Assembly: GCA_013239625.1 (NCBI GenBank)
Contig: MU054323.1
Location: 16,372,029 to 16,436,028 of the forward strand
Direction of reading: 5' to 3'
From: Lama guanicoe
Lineage: Eukaryota
DNA: 64,000 nt
The stretch's first letter is position 1, and each line of letters begins with the position of its first letter. Of the stretch, positions 50,759-63,406 are shown piece by piece. Position numbers and translations under genes: made by a program. A model generated the notes under the pieces. The model saw only the letters and a list, made by a program, of their open reading frames with translations. It had not been told where the DNA came from and ran no database searches.

Positions 50759-52819
50759 CCCTCCCTGCACATGCTGTGCGACAGGATTAGAAGTGATGAG
50801 CTATAAAGTTTGGGGGTTCTCATCTTATAGATGAGAAACTCTTCATCTCTTGAAAACAATCCTTCAACTCTTTAGTCACATCAGCTGATGTGGAGAAGCT
50901 AAAACCTTCCCCACTGTGGGAATTCCTGACATGACTCTGCTGTGACCTCTCCCACTGGGCTCTCCTCCCCCTGGCCACAGAGCAAATACATAAGTAAATA
51001 CTCTGAGGGCTGGGTTAGATGGTGGCTTGAGGAGAGCCACATTTGCTTTGTAGCAGCTGGAGGCCGTCTGCATCTGCCCTGTGCCCCAGATTTCTTTCCT
51101 TTCAGCAAGAGTTTTAAATTCATTTGCCCGTAACAGGTGGCAAGAACTGTCCTTCAGCACCCACTGGCAAGGTAACAACTGGCTCTGTTTGGGAAGTGGC
51201 AGGGACCCAGGCCTGTAAAGGCAGAGTATAAGCTGGTGAGACTGCCCTACCGTGACTTTGGGAGTGGGTAGGAGGCCAGGGTGGCATGAGGGTTTGCACC
51301 CAGAGTAGGCTACTCTGGAAGCTGCCAGATAGACTACACACTCCAAGGAGGAACCCAGCGAGACTGCCTTCCCACTTCAGATGAGGAAGGCACAGAGATA
51401 CTGTTAAAGGAGATGCCTGATACTGAGCAAGTAGATGGGAAACCCTAGAACAGAAGACATGCTTGTGGGTCCATCATTCTCATAGTTTTCACTTGTATAT
51501 GGGTCTTATAATAGTAACAAAAGTGGAAGCCCTGGGTCTTCCTGCTAGAACATCAGAACATCTTTCCTCTCTAAGTGCACAAAAGCCCAGGGTGGCTGGC
51601 ATCACTGTCCTGTCCCTGTGGGTACAAGCATGATGACTGCCTGCAGGAGCAGCTGGGGCACTAGGCCCACAGAAGGTGGAGGGTAGTAGCTCTGGGGAAC
51701 AGCTGCCCACTAGAGCAGTGTTGTCGGCACATATGGCCAGGAGGGCAGCTGCCATGGAAAGATACAGTGTGTCCACCACAGTGCCAGGGCCTGCGAGGGC
51801 TGTGTGTGGTCAGCTGGTGGAACCAGGGTTATGCAAGGCCAGAACCAAGGCAAGGCATTCATTTGAGAGTCTTTGGAAAATTAAAAATACCATGAAGATG
51901 CAACCAGAGAGTGCTTCTCTGCCCCTCTGACTGGATCACTCACATTCACCCTTTATGCCTACAGTGACTGGGAATATGGGGAGCAAAAGCGAGGAGGAAA
52001 GGTAGAGGATAGGCTTGCTACACTTGAAGAATCCAGGGGAGGAACGCCCAGTCCTCAGTCCCTGCTGGGCCACGGCCACAGGCACTGCAGGCCCCTCGCC
52101 GGAGGTTTGCTCAGCCTGGTAGAATTTGGGTTTTATGTCAGGCGAGTGGATACAGACGTGGGAGAGAAGCAACAAAAAACTGGAGAAAAATAAGAAAAGG
52201 GTTGCTGGGTAGAGGCTAGATAAGTTGCAGGCACAGAGATTCTCCAGAGTGGGAAAAGAAAGGAGATACCTTAAAAGGCATTTTTCTTATCTTTCTACAA
52301 ATATTTACATAGTATTTACTACCACACAGGGATGGAGGCTTCTAGGACTTTGGAAACAATAATTTGTATCGAGTTTCTACCATGTGCCAGGGCTAAGAGC
52401 TCCCCAATACACTGGAAGTGTAGAGGAGGGGAGGAATTTGGTGCAAAAATGTCGGTTTTATAACTTTAGACGAGTTGGTGTTTGTGGTATGAGGCTGGGG
52501 AAATATCTGAGAGCTCTGACCTGTCGTTTGTCTTATCTGTCATCTTTCTGCCTCCAGCTCTGGGGCAACATGCTTTATCCTAGGAGAGACAATCCAATAC
52601 TGACAACTTGACCCTGACCACTTCCTCCCCATCCTTCTGAATATTCTGGGCTCCTAGGCTTATAAGCCAATGGACAGCCATGCCCAGACTGAATGCTCTC
52701 AACATCTTCTCTGTAGCTAATGCAGGAACCTACAGGGCAGTTGCATCACTGGGAACAAAATGGCTGGTCCTGGAGAGGGTATGTATATGTCTCCCAGGAG
52801 CCACCAAAACGCTTCTTAT

Positions 52820-53035
52820 GATAGGAAGTGTTTACTGAGAGCGTCTCTATGTGCCGGGCACTGTTCCAGCCTTTGATGTGTACTAGCTCACTCACAAGAA
52901 CCCATGTTAACATCCCCATTTTACCAGTGAGGCACCAGCTTTGCCAAGGCTGCACAGTACCAGGCACTGTGCCAGGTGGCCAGGCTCAGGCTCCAGACAT
53001 TGAGGTCTTAACATTTAAGGAGCACACTCCCTGGG
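52820..53035 (-). mobile_element. MIR SINE
   Basis: TTTACTGAGAG...TATGTGCCGGGCACTGTT...ATCCCCATTTTAC. Confidence 0.65.
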
Positions 53036-53084
53036 AACTCAGCTCCCAAATGTGAAAGGAGTGCCTTACAAAGTCTGTTTAAGA

Positions 53085-53665
53085 TGCAAATGTGTGATAA
53101 CACGCAGGGCTGGCAAGGGTCAGGGAGCCCGCACAGGTCCAACCTCAGTGGAAAGTGGTATCTATCAGAACTACAGACCACATGCCTTTGGCCCCAGAAT
53201 TTCACTTACAGAGATTTATCCAATTTATATATATGGGAATAAGGAAATAATATATATATACAAGGTTGTCAATCCAGCATAGTTTGTAACAGCCAAGGGT
53301 TGGAACCAACCTAACTGTCCACCTTTAGAGGACTGGTTATATAACTTAAGGTGTATGCATACAAATGAATATTACACAGGTCTACAAATGGATGAAGCAG
53401 CTCTTTATATGCTAATACAGAAAGAGCTTCAAAGATGTATAGGAAAAAAAAGATAAGTGCCAAAGTGAGTAGATAATATTTGTGCTGGCTTGTATGTCTA
53501 TAAACTACCTCTGGAAGCACACACAGGAGGGCACGGGGAGTGCCCACAGGGAGAGTAAGTAGATGGAAGGGGATGAGGGTAGAAGAGAAGTTTCTCACTG
53601 TATATCCTTTTATGATTCTGGATTTTTGAACCATGTGAATAATTAGCTGTTTTTCAGAAGTAAAT
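53085..53665 (+). mobile_element. Ancient L1 3' end (L1ME3/L1ME4-like)
   Basis: CCTTTGGCCCCAGAATTTCACTT...TTTGTAACAGC...TGGAACCAACCTAA.TGTCCA...CACTGTATATCCTTTTAT...GAACCATGTGAAT. Confidence 0.75.
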
Positions 53666-56600
53666 TCATGGGTGGTTTAGGGCTCAGATTGGACTTTCCT
53701 GCAGAGACGGTTTTATACATACATAGATCCTGAAAAGCCTACTGAACCTATGAACTACTGATCATGATGCAAACATCATTATGGGACGGCATGTGGATAC
53801 AAAGACCCTACGAGAGGGCTGAGCCTCACCTCCCCTGAGCCTGTTGAAGGGACAGGTCACTCCTTCCTGCAGTGACCAGGCCTTCACTGAAGAGGCTCCA
53901 CCAGTCTGCATTTGCAGAGTGGAAAAGGTCTCAGAAGAGAAGAGTTTTTCGTCAGCAGGAAATGAGAAGAGGCAAGAGACCCAGGCTGCTGGGGCACCCA
54001 CAGGGAGGGAAGCACAGGCAGGTGGAAGCGCTGGGGCTTAGGGGTACAGCGCCTTGTTTGAGAGGTGGTGGGGGCACAGATGGGCAGCATTTTATAGTGG
54101 AATGGTCCTAAAGGCCACAACACGAAATCCTGTCCCTCCTCACCATGTTCTGAAAAGAAGACTTGGGCTCCCAAGGCTGCTGGCAGCTGACCCACGTGGC
54201 AGCAGACAGAGTGAGGGATGAATCAGAGGGAGAGCCTGAGTCAGGGGACACCCCAGAGGGGGAAGCAGGAGAAGAGCAAGCCCTCCTGGGTTTTCTAGGA
54301 GCCAAAGGAAGAGCATTTCCAGCCTCTGTTATCAGTCAGGCCCCTACCACCATCAGAAACTCTGAACCAACCGCGCACTCAGGCCTCTCCTGCTCTCCAG
54401 CTATCTTGCATTGCTATCATTCCTCCCCTCCCACCATCTCTGAAAAAAGAAGGGAGGGAAGGAGAATGGAAGGAAAGAAAAGAGAGAGAGAAATTGTCCC
54501 ATGTGTAGCCTTTTCTCAAAATTCTGCCCTTGACTATGAACTCCCAAGGCTGCTAATCCTTTTTTCTGTAGTTCTTGGATCACAGTTTGCTCCTCTTCCC
54601 CTCCCTTAGGTGACACTCATCTGGGAAATAAAGATTCCTCTGAAAACAAAGGTTCCAGTTGTTGCACACTGGAGAGGACAGATTTGCCAACAAAAAGGCC
54701 CAACCCCCCAGTCAGTTGCCTGCCACCCTCTATCAAGGTTAGAGAGGATGTCCGGGGGCAGATGTGTGGGCATGGAGTCTGACAACAAAGGCCCAGGCCC
54801 TCACTCAGGAATTTGTGAGAAGCCCAAGGAGCCCAGGACACAAAAGGACTCAACAGGAAGTTAAAGGCACGGTTTTGATAAGAAAGGCAGAGTGTCAGGT
54901 GGTCATTGCTGCACCAGGCTAGACAATTCCAGTTTCTTACGTGTGACTGATTTAAGCACAAGTGACAGTATTAATAAGACAAATCAACACAAAAATAATG
55001 ATTCAGTGAAGAAAAAAGTGAAGCGACCACCCATGGCTTCATTCCCTTATCATCCTCTTGGATGAGAATGATGCCAAAAAAGACCAAAGCAGAGCAGAGG
55101 CCAGGAGGTAAGGGAAAAAGCAAGGGGTTATGAAAAAGTCACACACTGTAAAGTCAGTTCCTAGATGACCAGAATTGACTGTACTGGCAACTCATAGGGC
55201 TCTAAAAAGAACAGAGGTTGAGATTTTTCAAAATTCCAGTTATTTTAAGAAAGGAATGTTTGGTTTGTCTACTAATTGTTTTAAGATTAATTCTTAGGGG
55301 AGAAAGAGGGTAAAAAATGTCTTGTGTCCTGCACAGTAGGTTACAATTTTAATTTAAAACACACGTGCATAAAAACAGGGCGGGGGACTGTCCTGAGGGA
55401 CCTGTGGGCCTTTTCCTTTCTCCAGCTTGGCGGGAAGTGAGTCTACCCTGGACTTACCCTTTCTTGCTTAGTTGTCACATCCTTTAAGTACCTGCCAGCT
55501 TCTGCTCACCTTTCGCTTTGTCTCAGCATTGAATCAATGTGCCCATCTTCCTAGCACCCAGACGCAACACCGTCCGGGCCCCAAGCAGAAATACTCAATT
55601 ATGCCTCCTTTGTGTCTGAACCAACAGTCCCAGGGAAGAATGGTGACCTGGCCAAGAACCTGCCACCCCTTCCCTACCCACAATCATCTTTGGGTTATTT
55701 CTCTCTGCTGACAATGTGGAGGAGACAATTCCACTGTGATAAGCCCTGGAAAAATATATTTCACCCTGGGCTCCACACTTCAAAGGGGTAAATGTGACCA
55801 GGAACATGTTCTTACATGTTCCCAGGAGTCCAACCAGGAGACAAAAGGACTGGTGACAGAGTGAAGGAGTGGAGCAGCTAAAAGAAAACTGAGGGAAAAC
55901 AAATCTTTATGGATCTGAAGCATTCATTTAATTGTAATGGAAATAGGATTAACTTGTTACTCGATGCCCTAGGGCTACAAAAGCGGAAGCTAGGGAGAAA
56001 GAAATTTTGGATTCTCCAAGGGAGAAAGCCCAGGGTTCTGGAAAGATGGAATGGGTTGCCGTGGAAAGGGGGCAGTGTACCGGGCACACAATGAGGCTCT
56101 CATGGGCAGTGGCCTCCACGATGTGTACAACGGGTGGGGTTTCGTCCCTGTTCATTCTCAGTCTGCTATGTGGGAGAACTATCACTGTTCATTTCCTCGT
56201 GGCCGCGCGTCACACTCACCTATAAAGAACATGCACAGACTTTCCCAAGAAGACTTGCCATTTGAAGATGGCAGTTTTCACTAACACAAGGGATGACCAG
56301 ACAACCTTCTGTATCAATAACATTAAAATATTACTACATGGAGGGCACTCATGCCAATCCTTTGCAAACCTCTGTAGGAGCGCTTCTTTGGATCAAAGAA
56401 TTTTAAAATGCAAGGGGAAAAAATTGTATTATTAGAGATCCAACACTGAATTTAACACGGAAGTCTAAGGCAGAAATAAATGTAACCAGAGAATACCCTA
56501 GTAAATGGCATCCTGAAGGGATGCTTTTCATATTTTTAGTCTGTTTTACTCCACTAGTGAGAAGATAAGAAGATGCCTTTTCTATTTTTAGATTCTTATC

Positions 56601-57789
56601 CTCTCCCCATATTCTCTGAACTGAGGACACAGCTATATGCTGCAAAGCTGTAAAATGCCATCAGCTCAGTTCCCAGCTGCCTGGCTGTCATGCAAATGAA
56701 CTTATTAGCCAGACTGAGCAGACTATATTTTATAGACCCACTCAGAAAGTCTATGCTCCATCTCAACCCTCAATTATTTATAAATGGACTTCTCTTTTAT
56801 GATTCAACTACAGCTTGTATTTATTTTTCTTTTACAACCCTAATTATATAGAGACCCACAAATACCATATGGGAGACTCACTGCTTGTGTGGGTACACTC
56901 CTCACATTTATAGGATCTAATTGTACTATTTGAAAGGATTTTTAGAAGCAAAATTGGAAGACAGAACATCCACCTCAAAGTACCGACCCTGCACTTTTGA
57001 AAAGAGGCCATTACACCCTTTCTCCCCATTAAGTTGAGTTATTGGGGAGGACTCAAGATGGATGTGGGTCCCTGGCAGTTATAACAAATCAGGAGAAGGG
57101 CCTGGCTCATTTATCATGCCTAGTTTTACAAGGGACTTGGCCTCAGGGCTGGTTAGAAGGACCAAAGCAGACGCTCTAGCTGGTGGATATGAATCAAATA
57201 AGACCATTTCCATGAACTGCTGCATGCTTCTAGAACTAATGGATCTGACTTGGTTTGCAAAGCTGCAAGGACAATATCAATACAGGATGAGAACCTGACT
57301 GAAGTTGTCAGCAATATTCAGCCAGCAATTGGCTCAAATTTGTAAACTCTGCTCAAATCAAGTAACCTGTGAAGTTACTTAGTTGCTCATCAAAAACAGA
57401 CAAACAAGCAAACAAAAAACTACTAATATTTAAGTCAGTAATTATTCTCTGAAAATTCCAGCTCTAGCAATAGTCTTATCAAATGATCCAAACAGGTTTG
57501 ACAGGTGTCCAGAAATTCAGGCTGTGGTCACTTGACCCATACTACCGTATGGTATGGTGTTCCTTGTCCTTTGTTTTTATAACACATCCTCAAATTTGGG
57601 CTCTGTGACTACTCCATTTCCCTAATGGGGTGAAGGGACAGATACAGATTTCTGTGCTATTCTTCCATCCTGCTAGGGCCCTTGATAATCATCCGTGCTC
57701 ACTGGATGGCCTGAAACTTGGCTTTTCCATATCACACCAACACTGAGTATATCTGGAACCTCACAATGGCCAGAGCATTCTCTGCCCAC

Positions 57790-57960
57790 TTTCATGGAAG
57801 GCTCCCCTGTTATTTGTACATAAATACTGTACACAAATATTTGTTGAATAAATATCCTTTCTGACTAGGCTGAGAACTCTTCAGTGAGCATCAGCTAGGT
57901 CTTATTCATTTACTTTTTTGTCTCCCACAACACATGGCACACAATGCACTTCAAGCTAAG
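57790..57960 (+). mobile_element. L2 3'-end fragments
   Basis: AATATTTGTTGAATAAAT tail and GACTAGGCTGAGAACTC...GTCTTATTCAT. Confidence 0.5.
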
Positions 57961-59186
57961 AAGTGTTATTTAAATCATCCATAACACCTGCTAGACCTTC
58001 CATCATGAGAGGTAAGTTGCTTTGCCCCCAGGAACCATCCTCCAGTCCAAGTCTACATGGGAGCCTCCAGAAAGTGGCAGATTTGAAATGCCTGGTTTGC
58101 TAAAGAATTTACACATGTGAATAGCAATGGCTGGAGTGCTTGCTGTGAGCCAGGCAGGACACCTCTTAGGAACCAGTCTTAGATTAAGCCCGTGTCTTGG
58201 GTCCATCAACCAAAACTTGGAGAAGCCAGGATTTCAGCCATGGCAGGACTCGAGTCTCTGCTTTTAACCACTGCTGATTTGATAACTAATGTGAAGACTG
58301 CCATGGAAGTGGGTTGAGAATAAAATGGCTACCCAGACTACCTGTCCTGAAGTCTGACAGCACCAAGAGGAAATGATACACTGTGATCTCAACATCAGTG
58401 TGAGACAGAGATAACTTGACCTTGACATGAACTAAGAATGAGTAAAACGGTCTCAGACACCAACGAAACCCTCCAACTCTAACTCACCAGGAATTCTCAA
58501 TATTTTTGCCCTTGTCAAAAAGAATCTCAAAAGGGATTTGACTTTATGTAAAAGAAAAGCCAAAGATAAAAAATTTGAGGTAATAAAAGCCCCCTTGGCC
58601 TAAAGGAGAAAAACAAACTTCCTGTTCTTAGAAAAAAGCGTTAAGTGCCATTAATTATTTTCCCAGAGGAAGCACGTGCATCGTGGCAGTGCATGGGGGT
58701 GCCCTGTACACCCACAGGGCTTCCACTGGACAATAGCTCCCTTCCCTTGCTATTGACACCTCACTTCCCTCCTAACTTTCTGAAACTAAGAACCCTGTGT
58801 TCCATACATGACTTGTCCCCCCCACCTCCTTACCATCAACCACTATTCATAACATCCTCTAAGACCTGCTTCAGTCACTTCCTTCCTGGAGGAATTCACG
58901 GACTTACCTCACGCAATCCAGGCTCAGTACTGCCTTGCTTGGAGGTTTTCTTAGGTCTCCTGTAGAGTTTATATTTTTTTCCTATTCTGTGATTTTGTGA
59001 TTTTATGTCTGATATCTCCAGGTGCTCAACAAGAATAAGGTAGGCAAAGGTGCTATAAAAAGAGCTCCTTCTCTTTATGCTGGCTCACTTGTAGAGCCTC
59101 CTCTTGGGCTGTGAAAACAAGAGGCCCTTGTGTTCAAATTTTATTGAATAAGCCCTTTTAGTTTTCCCTATGCCCATCTCTTAGAT

Positions 59187-59633
59187 CAAGGGTCTGCAAA
59201 TTACGATAGGTGGGCCAAATTGGGCCCCATGCCTGTGTTTGTAAATAAAGTTTTATAGGAACACACCTGTGCTCATTCTTTTATATATTCAGCTCAGTAG
59301 TTCTCAACTGAGGGTGATTTTGTGCCCCACCCCGCCAGGTGACATTTGGTAATGTCTGGACATATTCTTGATTCTCATGACTGTGGGTGGTAGCACTACT
59401 GGCATTTAGTAGGTAGAGTCAGGGATGCTGCTAAAGATGCTGCAATGCACAGGACAGCCTCCACAACAAAAAATTATCTGGCCCCAATTCCCTGCAGTGC
59501 TGAGGTTTGGGAAACACTGGTAGAGCTGCTTTCATACTGTAAGGTCAAAGTTGAGTACTTGTGATAGACTGCATGTGGTCATAAAAACCTAAAACACTAT
59601 ACTACCCCTTTATGAGAAAAGTCTGAACCTCTG
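59187..59633 (+). mobile_element. MER58A MITE split by a MER20
   Basis: CAAGGGTCTGCAAA...GTAAATAAAGTTTTA...GCTGCTTTCA...; TSD TCTTAGAT / CCTTGGAT (6/8). Confidence 0.8.
59295..59519 (+). mobile_element. MER20 hAT-Charlie MITE, full length
   Basis: CAGTAGTTCTCAAC.GAGGGTGATTTTG...AATGTCTGGA...GGGATGCTGCTAAA...ATGCACAGGACAGCC...GAAACACTG. Confidence 0.9.
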
Positions 59634-59791
59634 CCTTGGATGTTGGCATTTTCATAGGATTGATGGTGGTTGTCCATCCCCCAACCCTCAACAATCCCCC
59701 TGCAATCACACCCCTGTCCGTGGCTTCAACTACCACCTCTAACGCTAACTTCCACACTGGTGTCTTCAGCCCACGTGTATCTCAGTCTAGA

Positions 59792-60060
59792 TCGGTGCTA
59801 CTCAAAGTGGGTCTGTGGACTAGGGCCAGCCCATGAGGAGATAAGGAAAGAAACTTAAAGCTTCTAGAAACTTTCTGACATAATCAAGCATATGGATCTG
59901 TGGATTTTTCTTGTTAGTTAGGCTCTTGGCAAGTTCAAGTTCGGGAGCTGTGTACTGTCAGGTATGCATGGAAACTGGGTGTGGTCCAAGGAGCTGCTGT
60001 TTGTGTCCAGTAGGAGCAGTACACAGTGGATTGGAAATTGAAACAAAAACAAAACACTAA
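59792..60060 (+). mobile_element. Charlie4-like hAT fragment
   Basis: CGGTGCTACTCAAAGTG.GTCTGTGGAC...GAGATAAG...TAGAAACTTT. Confidence 0.6.
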
Positions 60061-60199
60061 AAAACACTTGTCCTTCGCGTAAAGACACACTGGGCTTTTC
60101 TCTCCTAGTCTTTTAAACTTTGCCACTTTTCTTCCCTCAGGTACTTCCTATTTAACTTGTCCCAGATAGGATTTGCCATCTTTCTTCCTCTTGCTGGCC

Positions 60200-60856
60200 C
60201 TTGGAATAGGCCTCCTGTACTTTTCCCTCTTGGGAAATGGCAGGAAGTCACTGCAATTCAAAACTCAGTTGTCACCCCAACTCCTTCCTCTGCTCACTCT
60301 CCACATCAGGTCCTATCATGTCTCCTCTTTTTTTGGGGGGTGGAGGGGGAGGTAATTAGGTTTATGTCTTTATTTTTAGAGAGCATTCCCTGTACCACTT
60401 GAGCTATACCCTCCCTCCTATGATGTCTTCTCTTACCCATCCCACTGCCTTGGCCTCACTTCTAGCCCTCAAGATCTCTCTTCTACACAGGGCTTTTGCC
60501 TCCCCACCTGTCTCCTTGCCTTCAACCTCATCTCCTCCCACTTAATCTTCAATCTCTATCAGAAGGAGCCATCTAGAATGCTCCCTTAACCTACAATGGC
60601 AGGCCCACCTTTACATCCTGGAGATAAGATAGCCTTGAGGCCCACTATAGCAATCAGGGTCTCGTCCACCCCTGCGGCTCTAGCCCCAGCCAGTTCCCCA
60701 AGGCCTATGCTACCTTGTTTATACCTCAGACCTACCAAATCTCTCTTTATACTGCAATACAACTGTCTCCTCCACTAGGCTGCCTTCTCCTAGGGAGAGA
60801 ACTATATTTAATTCATGGTTGGCACTGAACAAATAATTGTTGAATGAGCAAATGAG
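60200..60856 (+). mobile_element. L2 fragments, interrupted by the SINE
   Basis: CCCACTGCC...CTAGCCCTC...TGTCTCCTTGCC...CCACTAGGCTG...TTGTTGAATGAGCAAATGA. Confidence 0.6.
60330..60418 (-). mobile_element. tRNA-derived camelid SINE (Vic-1-like), internally deleted
   Basis: Minus strand GGAGGGAGGGTATAGCTCAAGTGGTA (A-box)...TCTAAAAATAAA..ATAAACCTAATTACCTCCCCC..(A)n; 16-bp TSD with 2 mismatches (60314-60329, 60419-60434). Confidence 0.8.
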
Positions 60857-62729
60857 AAAGTTTGAAAGAGATTGCCTGAAAAAACTCCTTCCTATTCAAC
60901 CCTGCCTGCCCTGCTGAAAACACAAGCCACGTCTTTCTGTGACCCCTGTAGGAAAATAAACAAATAAATAAATTCATTTAGCAAGGAGTTGTAACCTATT
61001 TCCTGGTGGAAAAGGCTTTCTTTCATTTTCCTATCTATGAGATATTTTAACCTTTCTCTATCCATGCAGGGTAAGAATTTAACAGCCTATCAATGCAAGC
61101 CACAGTAATTCTACAGGCTCATACAGATCTTTGGGATTAAGGCAAAGAGTATTTGTTGACATGCTGTTTCAAAGGGAAGTGACTTCTATCCATGACTGCC
61201 ATGTGCAAATAGTCTTAGACAGGCAAGACTTAAAAAAATTGACAATACGTTTCCCGGAATGCAGACTTACTAGTTATTTTTAAGCCAGTCTTAAAGAATG
61301 AAGCCCAGGAGAAACAATGAGCTTGCTCACCTGATCTTTCCTTTCAAAAGGAAATGGATTAAAAGAGAACTTGGATTATTTAGTCCAAGATGTACAGGGG
61401 AACCTGCAAGAAACTAAAATGGATATTCTACAGAAAAGAATTGTTTCGAATATCAATATGTGATTAGCACAGATTGGATACTTAAACAAAACACCTATTA
61501 AATGAATGAACACATGGGCAAGCAAAACAGTAGATACAGCTCTCACTGCTGTTTTAGGCCTTAGGGGAGGAAAGAACTGGGTGAAACTTTGAACCAGCCC
61601 TGTAGGATTCTTCTACAATTCCAGACACATACAGATGCCAGCTTCCTCCTGTGTGAGTGGAGACAATCACCCCGAACATGCCTGTCTCTCAGGTGACTTT
61701 AACAGCTGAGTGTGAAAATCTTCGAAAGTGAAAATCTTCATAGGATGTGACGCAAGCACAAAGCATCTTTATCCCAAATGAAAAACCAGAAAATCTATAG
61801 AAACACAGTGTGAAAGAAGAGAACCATTCTAATTGCCAAAATAACCACATCCGGTTTCTCCTTAAATGTCTGCAGCAGTCACCAGTATAATTGCAGATGG
61901 GGCTAAAATGCTTTGTGTCCACCCTGTGAACAATCGTCACCACTGGAAGGGATTCTTACCTCTAGCTTATTAGAGGATAATTCCTTCTGTTCCTATACAT
62001 GTACATGCATCCTTTGTCTTCAGGTATAATTCTTCCAGCCTTGAGAACGAATGGGACTCCTTTGAGTTGGGAACATTACAACCAACCATTATCAGTCAGG
62101 TAAAGAAAAATGGAAGTGCATATAGTTATTTTCTTTAAATATGTTGTGAGCTGTCAGGTGAGAGGGAATCTGTACAGTCCCAAGAAAAGAATCAGGTGTG
62201 TGATTAAGGTTCAAGGAGAGGCTGGTGGGGCTGGATATGAGGAATAAGTCTAACCAGCTTGAGTTAATCAGCTCGAAGAATAGGAGAGGCCTGTCACAGG
62301 AAGTTTTTCAGCTAAGCCTGAGATTGTGGTAGGGATTCCTGCGCCAGGACTGAAGTCTGGGGAGAGACCCCCTAGTTCATGTTCCTTCTTTAGAGTAGTA
62401 GCCCCTGGTATGTGCACGCAAGCTACAGGTACACGCAGACAGGTGACAGAATCATAGATTTGTGTTTGAGATGTATTTATACTTAATATTACAGACTAAG
62501 TATTTTAGGACAATGGGTTCCTCACACCATGTTCCCTGAAACCCTTGGGGCTCTAGGAAAGCACCTCTGGGACACTGGTGAAGGGAAGGGAGACTGAGAA
62601 CTGTAGGGCCAACCAGTCTCTCTAACCATCCCTCCTTCCTCCTCTTTAACCAAAGAAATTCTGTTATTATCTGTTAATATACTGGGCTTCTGTTAAGATT
62701 TTCTTTCTTTGCCTTGGCAAAAAAAGAAC

Positions 62730-62806
62730 GAAAGAAAGGGAGGAAGGGAGGAAGGAAGGGAGGAAGGAAGGAAGAAGAAAGAGGAAGGAAGGAAGGAAGG
62801 AAGAAA
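62730..62806. repeat. (GGAA/GGGA)n homopurine tract
   Basis: About 77 bp with no pyrimidine on the + strand. Confidence 0.92.
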
Positions 62807-63109
62807 TATTGGAAAGAGAACTGAGTCAAGAAGAGGGATTCAAGCTCTCTGTCACTCAAATTCTTAGGGACTTAGTTTTATCCTGTTAGAAGGAGAGGGG
62901 CCAAGAAAACAAACGTTAGGGTTCTGTGATTCTAGACATTTACAGAAACGTCTAGCTTCCAGGGAATTTTAGGAAAAAAAAATACTTTTTAATGAAGTTA
63001 AGACTATTCTTAGAATCAAAATACTTTTTTAACTAGCTTATAAAATTTTCATTATCTTTTCTCATCCTTCCTGGTGTTAAATTAAGGGTACAAATCAATG
63101 CCAGTGACT

Positions 63110-63252
63110 TTCTCTGGGAGCCTCAGCTTGCTCATCTGTAGAGTGGAGACAGTAACGATATCTTCTTAGGAGAAGACAACACACAAAGTGTTTGACAAAG
63201 TCCTGTTAGGCGATGAATTTACAATCAATGGGAGGGGCAGTTATTATTATTA
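63110..63252 (+). mobile_element. MIR 3' half
   Basis: GCCTCAGCTTGCTCATCTGTAGAGTGG...AAAGTGTTTGAC...TTATTATTATT. Confidence 0.65.
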
Positions 63253-63406
63253 ATGATTCCAAAAAAACTAGAGCTGCATAAGGAACAAAGCCTGGAAAGT
63301 TACCATCGGGATTTCTTCCCAAACATTTCTTTTAGACCTTGGGATTTGGCCACTTAAACTGTTACAAATAATGTGAAAACCCCCCAAAATGGTCTGGCTT
63401 CAAGTA

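Noticed and set aside
50876..54609. Several 100-156-aa intronic ORFs
   Set aside because: No homology recognised; consistent with random open frames or repeat-derived sequence.
60390..60418. tRNA gene suggested by the A-box
   Set aside because: No B-box or cloverleaf; it is a SINE head.
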